Source: Pavona decussata
Lineage: Eukaryota
Direction of reading: 5' to 3'
NCBI GenBank assembly: GCA_977016875.1
Contig: CDRNST010000130.1
Coordinates: forward strand, 868,001-932,000
DNA: 64,000 nt
The translations under genes and the position numbers were made by a program. The notes beneath the pieces were generated by a model, which searched no databases, was not told the origin of the DNA, and was given only the letters and a program-made list of their open reading frames with translations. Below are positions 38,501-50,500 of this stretch, piece after piece; within the stretch, counting starts at the first letter, position 1; each line of letters begins with the position of its first letter.

Positions 38501-41500
38501 AATAGAAGCTGGTTCACTTGAAGTAAGACAGTACTGGAGAGTACCACAGCCAAATCGACATAACCCAAATGTTAAACAACTGCAAACGAATAAAGAAACA
38601 AAGGATAACTTCATGGCGTGGTGGGGAACGAAAAGAGTGGATACGGCGCTGAGGGAATGGAAAATCACACATCCCACAGAAATTTTCCACTCCCCTCGGA
38701 TATCTTCCTCTGTAGAATGGGCCATTTCTGAGTTGCTTTGACTCTCATTACAAATGCGAGACCAGGTGCAAACATGAGTGTTGTTTGCATATGAATGAAA
38801 ATTAAGTTTCATAATAAAAGGTAAGCAGGGAGCCTCGCTTTCGTATTGAGGTTCAAAGCAACACAAAATGGCCTATTTAGTCAGACATTTGTAAAAAAGT
38901 ACCGTTTTTAGAGGCGACTCTTAAAACAACTGTTAATTAATGAAATCGCTATTCTAACTCATTTGTTACCGTTGATTCAATGCTGTCCTGCGTTTCCATA
39001 AACACATTGCTGTCTCGGTTCAATAGATCATGATTAAATTCTTTATCAAACACCATTTGTAACGTCACATCAACAATGACAATACCTGAAAAACAAAATG
39101 TACGTACATGATAAATAGGCCTCGTGTGCAAGCTAGTTCCAGTTCAATACCGAGAATACGAATACGGTCTATTAGTTCCGTACTTATATAATAATTTTAT
39201 TGCCCAATATTTTAGTTTTAATATCTGTAGTGTTAATAGGGCCCATAGTCTGGTTATCGACCGGATAGGTTCTTTTTCTCTTGAAACGGACCAGACAGGT
39301 ACAGATCAAAGATTTCCATATTGGTTCTTTCCCACTTATTACAATTACCATGGAGCAACCTGCATAATGAAACAGGTTTTCTAGTTATAGTGTATAAGAG
39401 TGTGGGCCAACGTTGATATCGCCAGTCGTGTCAAGGTCCACAGATGTAACGTGCTAGAGCTTCTTTCAAATTCGCAAGGCGTGAAAGGAGTGCTGATGTA
39501 TGATAATAAGGCAGTACTTGCTACTGCTGGTGATGTCTCGGTTCCGGTAATATACAACACTGTATTTGTTAACAGTCGCCTCAATCAGAAGGTAGCTATG
39601 TGTAATATTTCAGGACAGAGAGGGAGAACTTGTTTCTTTGGTAATCAAAATGTAGATGTAATTATCTCATGTATTACCCGAGTGTAATATAGATTCCAGC
39701 AGTGAATGTTGTTAAAATAGCTTAAAATCATTGACTATAAACCTTACTTACGTTATTGTATGGATCAAGCCCTCTATTTGTTTTCCCTTACTCACCAAAC
39801 GAGAACGTCTCTATGTTAGGAACCTTCCTTGCTGGTCCTTGACCAAGAATATTAAAACCATTAACTTCTATCTCGTATGTTGTCTTTGGAACAAGCCCAA
39901 TAATCAAAGCCTCTGTGACATTGCTTGTAACATTTACTTCAGAGTACAAAACTGACCCAAGGCGCCTGTATCGTATCCGGTAGCCGAGCAATTTTTCCTT
40001 ATAAGAGGATAGTGGCATGGCTTCCCATGAGATGTAAATTGCAGTGGAGTTGAGAGGATAGCCTTCAAGGAGGATTGGAGCTTTGTCAGGTACTGGTGAG
40101 TCAGAAATAATAAAGACAGTTTACTAGATTTCATGTTTTGTGTCTGTGTTGTTGGAGGCTGAAGTACAGTGGAGGATGGGCATTTGAAAAATTTAAATTA
40201 TGCATTCATCCTTCATGAATTGCCTTTGGTTGTGTCACATTTTGATTGGCTGCTTTTCCTATTTTTATAGGTAGTTTTAAATGGGAGCGCGTACGCATAA
40301 CTTTTCGGAATCTTTTAAAATCACTGATCGTTTTACATGCACCTATGTTATTTATTGCATAAAATACACTTTATGTAAGCATTTATATTATACATTGGTG
40401 TGTTGAAAATGAACAGAAGGAAGGAGACTAGGTGACCGAGTTTGTGAACATCTTCGACATATTAAAAGAAATGGCATGGATACATCTAAACTAGTCGCTC
40501 GACACTTTAATTTATCTACCTAACCACTCTTACAAACACATGGCAGTCTGTGGCTTTCCTCTTCATCATGGTGACACAGACGGCCGCAAAACTTAGGACA
40601 AAAATTAATCTTTCAAATCGGTACTTTTACTCGCCAGGAGTTCAACGAACGCTTTTCATTCGACTAACGTATTCTTGTTTTCCACGTTACCATGCTCCCA
40701 CCAATAGTGAGCTTCACTGCTCACTATATAAACACTAACCCACAATTCCTTGATTCGTTCTGACGAAGGACTAACCCCCTGAAACGTCAGCGTTCGAATT
40801 TCTTTACGATGGCGAATTTACCTTTAGTTATATGAACCCATTTGATAAACCAAGTATTTGTTTCTCCCTCCACCGACGCAGCACAATAGTTTATTTTATT
40901 AAACTACACCCTTGTGCAACTTGATGGTTGTTATAATAAGTTTAACAACAGTGGAATGCCTTGAATGTTTTTTTGTTTACCTCTTGGTGGACATCGAGAC
41001 ACATTGCAGTATTCCCATCGAACTTTAGGGTCAGTGGTATAACACCAAGGTCCATCCGGGGCACTACTATCCGGGTTACGACACATGTTCGAGTCATTCT
41101 GGCCATTCGTAACATCTTCAGGAATCCTCCAGTGACGATGAGGGCACTGTGCGGTCCACCGCTGACAAGTGCGGCCAGACCGTGTGACATTTACATTGCC
41201 ACGATACCCAATGCCAATGCCATAGAAACAATCTGTGAATTTCCATAGAATATAAACTTTTAACATTAAACTCGGTCATAAAAATGAATCCTTTTGAGCT
41301 AAAATTTTTGTTAATATGGCCCGTTTTTTAGTAAGGAATTTAATTGTAGTTTCATAACCTCATAAATTGTTAAATTCCCCAGGACTTAACATGGCCGCCA
41401 AGTGATAAGGGTCTATTGTCAAAGTCCTCTGAGCTAACAAGAATTTTTTTGTGGCCGCTATTTCCTTAAATTCTCAGTTCTTAACGGCAGCCTTTTCAGT

Positions 41501-44500
41501 GATGAAGTCATTTTGGTCGAGAAATTAATTATTCTTTGGTCATTCTCGTATCCCACTAACAAAAACATCCAGTCTGTAAAGCGAAAACAAACTTGAAGAC
41601 AAAGTATTCACAGGCCTTGAAACAATTTAATAGCAAACAGCGTCAAAATAAATTTGACTTTTAAAATTCAGAGCTTGTCGTCATAATCGTATCTTTTTAA
41701 TCAGCTATGAACAGCTCTCAACTGGTCATATTGAAAAACGTTATCGTTAGGTAAGCTGGACGGAAAAATATTTGGCTCGAAGGTCAGGGTTTACAGATCG
41801 GCCGTAGCGAGGTCCGTGCACCATGACCTCGGGTCAAATATTTGACGTCCTCCCTCCATTAGATCAAGAAGTACATAACATGTCACAATTTGGAGGACTG
41901 AAGCAATTCACCCAAGTTGTTAAGTACACCCTTAATTAATAGATTGCTAAGAATATGTTACAAACCGGTGCTCTCGGTGTCGTCATCTGTAAAAAAGAAA
42001 GCCATGTATTTAGAGCGGTTTTATAACGACTTTGTAAAGTAAAAATAAGTACTAATAAACTGGGTATAGTTTCTCAAAAAAAACAAAAAACAAAAAACAA
42101 AACAAAAAACAAAAAACAACAACAACAAGAACAACAACAACAAAAAACGTTATCTGATGATCTGCAACTTCGGAGTGGATTAAAATTTCCTCAATGGGAA
42201 CAATTTGTCGGGTTAGGTTGGTCAGTGTTCGTTGAATTTGATGTTATCACAACAAACAATTTATACGGGCAAGTTATTGGAATATTTTTTAAATAAAAAT
42301 TGACTTCCTCACGATAATTTTATATGTTCTTATAGTATTTTGCTGTTGTTCTATTGGTTTTTAATACTATTTGGTCAGTTTCGACCACTTTCTGAAGTTC
42401 TGGGGAGATCCAGAAATCCGAGATGGTGGATACAAGATGGCAGCCATTTTTTCTAAAAAACTCATGACTTCACGTCATTTAACGTTATTATTTCCTTTTG
42501 CGCCATAACAGAACCTAATTCTGGACGGGACTGACCACTACCCCAACCCCCAACCCCTTGGCTCAATCGACCCCAAAAGACGAAAAAGGGTTATGGACAC
42601 ATAAGATCGCCGAGTGAATCTACTATTTGATAGGGTCCTTCTTGAATTCTTCGCTTAGAACCCTTGTAGAATAGAAGTTCTCAAACATAAGAAAGTTTTA
42701 TAGGAAAACAACTTACTTTGGGCATTTGCGTATTTTCACATAGACAAAAAAAGAGGTAATTCGCCACTTGCCTAAAAGGGTATTAGCAGGTGTGGGGAAA
42801 AGTCGACTTAATAAATTGTGCGCATAAAATGGTTCATTAACTGTCAGCAGTGGTCCGAAAAGAGCGCTCCTCAGAAACTTTCACTTACGACCATACAAGA
42901 AAGAAAATCGAAAATTGCCAAATTTTGTTTCATATGCAAAATTTGTCGATGTTGTAAACCCAAAACCAAATTACGTGCCCGTGGCAAAAAGACATATTTA
43001 GTAACTCTAACTCTATCATTAGTCTAGCGGTTGACTTGTATGCCCAAAATTTTGAATTGTTTGTGGCAAAAGTCAAGAGCTAGGGTGAAGGTCAAAAGGT
43101 CGACTGTTGATAGTATCAAATTCTTGGTTTTCACGTGACGTCACCATATTCTAGAATTCAAAACCGGGAGGCCTACAAAATTTTTACCTTCATTCAAGGA
43201 AAGATTACCTAAAAAATATGTCTTTTCATAATTTCTTAGCTCGATATCGTACTTCCTTTTGAAAATAGAACAGTTTCAATTTCCGAGTTTTCATTGTGCG
43301 TGACATCAGGAGGACGGCCGTGACAGAGCTGTTCCGTATCTTAAAAATGCCTCTTCGGGTGATTTTCAGCATTCTAAACAATTTAAGTTTGAGGAGAAAT
43401 ATTTATCTAAACATTCGAAAATTCACAAGGGAAAACAACCTCTTTTCTGGCAAAAGTGAACTCCAGATGTTTTTTCCTATTTCCGGCCGCCATGTTTGGC
43501 GTCTCTATACTAAGCTCTCTAAATTTGTGTGGAACATTTTGTCAGATAACTCGAGTACGGAATACCGCACAGACGTGACACTTGGACAGATTCCTTATTT
43601 ATTTATCATCTATAACATGTCAATTTCATGACTTCATTCATGGAATGGTTTTGATTTTTTTTTCAATGGCGTGACAGTGAAAACCGGTATAGCACTCCAA
43701 AAATTTACGATTTAATTTACCAAAAATATTTATTCCATGAAATCGTACAACAAACATTCCTTATTCTGATGAATATGGTCTTGGTTAACAAAGCCACATA
43801 CCAGGAACGGTTGAATTTCGCATAGTACTGTAAGCTTGTTGTACTTTCGCTGGAAACGGTTATTTATTTAAAATTAAAAAAAAAACTTTGGTTCTTATAG
43901 AATATAAACTTGAAAGCGTCAAAAGTGTGAAGGGATTAGTGAACTTATACTGAATTGTTTCGTTTTTTTGTTACTCCTTCATTTCCAGACGCGCGGTTCA
44001 TACAAGTGGAAATTTCCGACCGGTTTCCCACGCTTTCATGTGTTGGGCGCCGGAATGAAAAAGTCTCTGTAAAGGTAAAATAATCATATAAACAAACCAA
44101 AACACTTCTTTCTACAAATGATTTTAGTAGGCCTTTATTATGATAAGGCTTGAGCAAATTTTCGATTTTTTTTATTTTACATGGTCGTAGGTTAATGTTC
44201 TTGAGTAGCGCTCTTGATTAACGCATTCGTGTTGAAATATCAATACAATTACCTCCAAGAGGATGGTACTGATAACATTCTGGAGCATCTCCTCCATTTG
44301 CAACAACATACGTCGAGCAATTTGTCATGTCGCGGTGAAATCTAGCTTGTGTTGCGGCCACTCTTCTGATGTGAATCACTTCGTCTTTACACAGAACGCG
44401 GTCAAGATACTTGCATGTCCTGCGACAAATCCCCCGCATTCGAGGATTTTGTAGTGTAGTATCGCAGGGCGGGAAATTATAACGACACCACAAATCTTTC

Positions 44501-47500
44501 ATTATTGGTTTGCATTTCTCACTTATTTCGAGTAAATTGAATCCACTTTCAAATTGTTCTGTTTTTCTTTTAACATAATCCAGCGTGTCACTATTCCCAA
44601 ACACGTATAGACTAGTGATGATATCTTTGCAAACCCCTCCTTTGGTATTCGTGTAGAAAATGCAAGAAGCATTTCTTGCAGAAGCATTTACTGGAGGTTC
44701 CGCCGGTACGCAGCTGAAAGAAAATATCTTAACACTATGACAAACTTGGAGGTAAGGGTCCTAAAACTCTACTCCAGGTGTATGTCCTAACGTTAGGACG
44801 TTTATACTTAATGGTAACAGGCGTCTAATTTCACAGGCGTGTAAGGTACTCAGGGCCGTACATAGCAGAGGGGGCAGCTGCCCTCGCCAGGAAAATTCAT
44901 TTTTTTTCTAACATAGTGTTTGGGTTTGCTGAGCTATTTCTTGTAGCTATATTTGTCCGAAATCACAAGAAAATCGACTGAAAAAACATTCCTTCAATGT
45001 AAATTCCAAATAATTATTTTGGAAAATCTTTCAATCTTTCAAGGCAAAAGCCAGTACGAGTTTTCTTAAGAAAATAATGATTTTGTCAGTTTGGGCTGCC
45101 TGGTTTAGAATTTGGTGTGTAAATAAAGACTGACAAGCCTATGCCACTCCCTGGTGCGCGTTGTAGCCTTTTGAAATCTCGCTTACACGAGTAAGCCTGC
45201 GCTACTCCCAAGTATTTGTTGCGGGTTTGGAGGATTTGATAGAGCCTTGGATTTAACCATCGTATGTTCAACCTCACAGTTCATTCGTGCCTAATGATTT
45301 TTGATTTTCCTCTTTTGAATTCTCTCCATTTTGAATATGACCTCTTACTCTGTGTGTTCAACGACGGTGTTTTTATGCCACGTAGGGCATTTCAGTTGGG
45401 TTTGGTTGTGCGTGATAGTTTTAACTGCCTTTCTTGTTGAGATTTGTGTAATGTTAGGACAGAAACTATTCATTGCTTGTATCGTGCAATGAGGTTCATT
45501 CTGTAGTTTTTCTAATGCTGGGTCCGGCTATTAGTTTTTGACACAAGGAGTTGTGTTTCTTGGCACGGCTATTTGGTTTTTCGGTTCTCTAGTAATCGTT
45601 GTAGCGTGTTATAGATCTATGCAACGTTTCACAGTACAACTGAAAAGGCTTGATTTGTACTTAAATTACGACTGTATCTTTGCAAATGCTTCGCTTCACT
45701 GTTATAGTGCGTTTGAATTGTGGAAGCTTAGTGATTTGTTCCCATTATTTACAGCAGTGCATCGGCTGTGTTTTAAATTTACAATTTAATGTTTGATTCA
45801 AGCTAAACAAGGTGTTAATGTGGTGTTTTGTACCGTTCAAGCATAGTTAGTTAGTCTCCTCTACTAACTATGGTTCAAGTAAAACCACCGAAAGTCAAAA
45901 CTCAACAGTGATTTATTGACTCCATGCTCGCAAGGAATACAAGGGGAGTGGGAGTTCCCTTTTGATCGCGTGCTTGTATGATTGACAGATGTCACAACAC
46001 TACATCTCTCCCCTCATTGATAATAAACTTTCAATCACATATATCTCATGACTCATCGGACTTGCGTGACTCCTTGTGTGACTCGCTGTGCGATTTGCTG
46101 TGTTGTTCGCGTCGGCGACCTTTGCCTTTCTCTGAACTCGTTTCGTTCTTCTTCTTGTGTTTTATCGTGTTCACCGTCGTTTTGTCACTCTCCACTTCTT
46201 TAGTTTGCGTTTCACTCCGCTCGAGCTTTTAAGAGAGCAGTTAAATCAAGATCCTCGCGTAGAGCTTTTCGCCTCAGTGCGTTTGAACTGTAGCTTAGAA
46301 TAATGTGCTCCTTGATTTCTTTATCGGCGTCTCCAAATTCGCAGGTCTTTGCAAGAGTTCTTAGTCTTGTGTGGAAACTTTCCAAACTCTCGCCTTCGTT
46401 TCGCTGAGCTTTTCTGAAGTTGTAGACCTCGTAAGTTGTGTTGACTTGGGGATTGAAGTGAGCGGTAAGTTTTTCGACGGCCGTTTTGTAATCTTTGTTT
46501 TCGCTGGTGTTTTCTACCGTGTCGAAAATCTCGTCTAAAATCTACGATGACTGGTTTTTTCTGTGATAAACTTCCACCTTACACCTTGGTTGGCTAAGTT
46601 ATCTTCCACAACACTCGGGTCTATCTTCGTTAATTTCATTCATTGAGAGGATGCTTTAAAAATCTTTGCTGCCTTGTGGAATGTAGTCTGGTTGTCGGAA
46701 TGAGTCACCTGGGCCATTCCTCGTCGATTGACCATACGACGAAAGGCTTGTAGAAAGTCCTCTGTTGTCATACTGTTTAACACGGGAATTTTCGCAGACG
46801 AAAATACACACGTAGGCGTTTGAGGTAGATGACTCAGACTCTTCCTTAACTTTAAGGTAGAGCGGACCTGTGAAATCGACGTCAATGTGGGTAAATGGCG
46901 GTGCTATCTGTACTCTCTCTGCTGGCAATGGTGCCATCTTTTGCTGAACTGGCTTAGTCTTCCAATGCTTGCAAGTGAGACATTTTCTCAAGAATCGTTT
47001 TACTTCTCGTCTTCCTTGAGTAAGCCAAAATTGTTGACGTAGAACTGCAAGAGTCGTCTCTGATCCAGCATGATTAGCTTTCACATTTACATGCATGATC
47101 AGTTTCTCTATAACGGCATCTTTGTGTGGAATAATGATTTAATGCTTCTGCTCTTCCGGAATCTGAGCAAATTGAAGACGACCTCCCACCGCTAGCAATT
47201 TCTTGGTTTCGTCAAACTGGGGATCGAGTTTAACCAGCAACTTCTCTCGGACACTTGTTTCTTGTTACACAGTTCTTCAATTTCGGGAAGGAAGGCAACT
47301 CTTTGTCTGTTTCGCAACCACACGTATTCTGACTCCTGCGCAGACAGTTTTCCTTTCTTTGGCTGTCCATGTAATCGTAACCACTTGAGAATCCACGCAG
47401 CTATTGTTACCAAACGTTGCCAGGTTTCGTATCTTGCTGCTAATTCGAGGGTACTTTTCTCAATAGATGGGAGGCAAACAAGACAACTTGCATGAAGTAC

Positions 47501-50500
47501 TTCGTGTGCTTCTTTCCTGGCCTCAACTAGACACTCTGGAGCTGTTTGTCTAACCGGTTCATGGACTGGCCAATGACTGTGAGATTGCTTTAGCCAATTT
47601 GGGCCATTCCACCATAATTCGTTTTCCTTAAGTTGAGTTGCTGAAATTCCTCTTGTTAGAAGGTCTGCAGGATTCTGGTTTCCTGGGCAGAATCTCCACT
47701 GGTCTGGTGGAACTCTTTCTTGAATGTCTTGAACTCTGTTTCCTACAAAAACTTTCCACTTTGAACTTGGACCTTTTATCCACGAAAGCGCGATCTGGCT
47801 GTCTGACCAGGCATAAACTGCGTCCGCCGTTAGTCGGAGAGCTTGCACGACGTAACTTAACAGCTTGGCAGTTATGAATGCAGCAAGGAGCTCTAATCTT
47901 GGTAAGAACACGCGTTTAGCTGGTGCAACTCTGGACTTGGCCATAACTAAGTTAGAACTTCTCTTGCCTTCTTCGTCTTTAGCACAAAGGTAAACTGCTG
48001 ATCCATAGGCCTTCTGACTGGCGTCGCCAAATCCATGGAGCTCCACTTTATCAACGGATGACAAACCACGCAGTAACCATCTAGGAACTTCTTGCTTCCA
48101 AGTCTCCCATACCTCAGCGATATCAGAGTCCAGTGGCTGATCCCAGTCTAGGCCTCGAGCCCAAAGTTCCTGGAACAACAACTTTGGTGTCATCAGAAAC
48201 GGAGCCAGCAACCCCATAGGATCAAACGTTCTAGAGTAGATTAATTAAACTTATTAAACTTTTCTTTGTCTTGGGATCTACCTCGGCTAGGATACTTGTG
48301 AACATCAAAACATCATCCTGTGTGTTCCATGTCGTTCCTAGTGCCTTTAGGGAGTCTGACATCTTTTCTGGTTTGGTAGTTGGAATAAGTGTTGGTGCCC
48401 TCTCTTGCAAAGAAGTTGCTTTCATCACCTTCTGAGAATTTGAAGCCCATTTTGTTAACGGAAATCCTCCTTTTGAAAGGAGACTGCAAAGATCAACTTT
48501 TAGTCGAGCTGCACGGTTGTTGTCTGGAGCACCTGTAAGTATATGGTCCACATACATGTTCTCTTTCACTTCTTTAGCAGCAATTGGATAATCTTTCTCG
48601 TGTTCTTGCACATGCTTCTGCACTGTGGCTATGGATAGAAAGGGTGAGGGCGTGTCACCAAATGTTACTCTGGTCATGCAATAAACATCTGGCGTTTGGT
48701 CGGCTTGATCTTTGTTCTGATCTTCTCGCTTCAATTTAATTTGGAGAAACATCTTTTTGATGTCTGTCATTGGACCGATCTGATGACATCTGAATCTGAT
48801 GATAACATGTCCGAGGTGTGGCTGCAACTTCGGTCCTTTCAGAATGCATGAATTGAGAGAAACTCCATCAGCCGACTTGGCACTGCTGTCAAATACAACA
48901 CGGCATTTGGTGGTGGTCCTCTCTTCTCGGAAAACCGCATGATGAGGTAGATATCTAATCTTGTCTACTTTTTCGTCTTCTTTGTCTATCGCTCGGGCGT
49001 GACCATCTACGATGTATTAGTTCACGGCTTCACGATACATTCTCTTCTTCTCCGAATGCCTTGATAGGTTTCTTTCAATGGAGACGAGCCTCTGAATAGC
49101 TTATTGGTAGTTATCAATCTTGCAATGCCTTTGGGTAGTTATCATTAGTGACTGAGTAACCTCCAGTGCACTTGTAAGCTCTGCCATACAAACATGATCT
49201 CAGATGGGTAAACTTTTGCACGTTGCTAAGCCTGTTATTCGAGTCAACAGATGCGACAAATGCATCGTAAAATGCAGACCATTCTAATACGTTTCCAGAA
49301 AACTTGGGCAATTGTAATAACGGCAGCTTAACACCTGTGATATTCTCCGAGTATTCACTTGAAGATTGTTTCACTCCCTTTTCAGTCTTTTTGGCGCTAA
49401 ACGCCTCGGCCCTTCCGGAGATCCTTAATACTCCTGAGTGAAATTCGTCCCACTCTTTCAAAGTTTCTTCTATCAAGGAATCTTCTTCGACGTTCGCCAA
49501 GATTTCCTCTACAGAACGTAAACAGTCAGTTTCATATTGACTCAACCTCTTTAATTGACTTTCCACTCTCCAGGGAGCACTCTCTGCATGAAGCAATTTT
49601 TCCAATTCGCTGCACACTCCTTTAGCGTTTTTTCTCCAGAAATTGCAATTTTCGCTTCTCTAAAAGAAATTTTGAATCAGGAGCAAATCGGTCCGAACCT
49701 GTTTCAATTCTTGTATCTTCATTGAAAGCTTGTCGTGAGACAGCATGATTCGCTCAGTAGACTCTTTAATGGACTCCGTTAAAGAAATACGGAACTGCAA
49801 AAGCGACTCGTCCATGTACTCTCTCATTCGCGAAACGGCATTTTCCAACCTATCGATCCTTTGTTCAACGTCGACTGCTGCAGAAGGAAACAGTAGTTCT
49901 TCGTCGGTTGACCGTGGACTTATAGCCCCACTTTTCTTTCGTGGCGCTGGCACAGGAGTTCCAGATAACGCTTTAAACTGTCCTTTGTAATGCTCCAAAA
50001 GTCGCCCTTTAAGACTTGCTTTCGTCCCATCCTGTGGTAATCCGAAGGTGTAACAGAAAGCCCTCAAATCCTCGACGGTCAGCTTGTTTACTTATTCCTT
50101 CGCCGTAATTCTGTTTCTTCTACTGTAGCTATACTCGTCCCGTTAGCTTCGTTCAGCGACCGAAAACCAAAATGAGCCTCGCTCTGCTACCAGATGTACA
50201 GGCCCATTTTTACAACGAATGGGAAAAAACAACGTTTTATTCAACGAATATTTCTTTTACTTTTGATGCTGATTGCAGTTGATTCTCGTCTACTTTAGCA
50301 TCTAATTTAGTTCGTTTAAAGTCTCCTTGGAGGTCTAATTTCCCGCCCTGGACACGTGATTTGCACGCGATTTGTACACCGTTCAAGTAAAACCACCGAA
50401 AGTCAAAACTCAACCGTGATTTATTGACTCCATGCTCGCAACGAATATAAGGGGAGTGGGAGTTCCCTATTGACAGCGTGCTTGTTTGATTGACAGATGT

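Noticed and set aside
45090-45570. Possible Penelope GIY-YIG remnant
   Set aside because: Too degraded to support by eye; needs a translated search against Penelope proteins.
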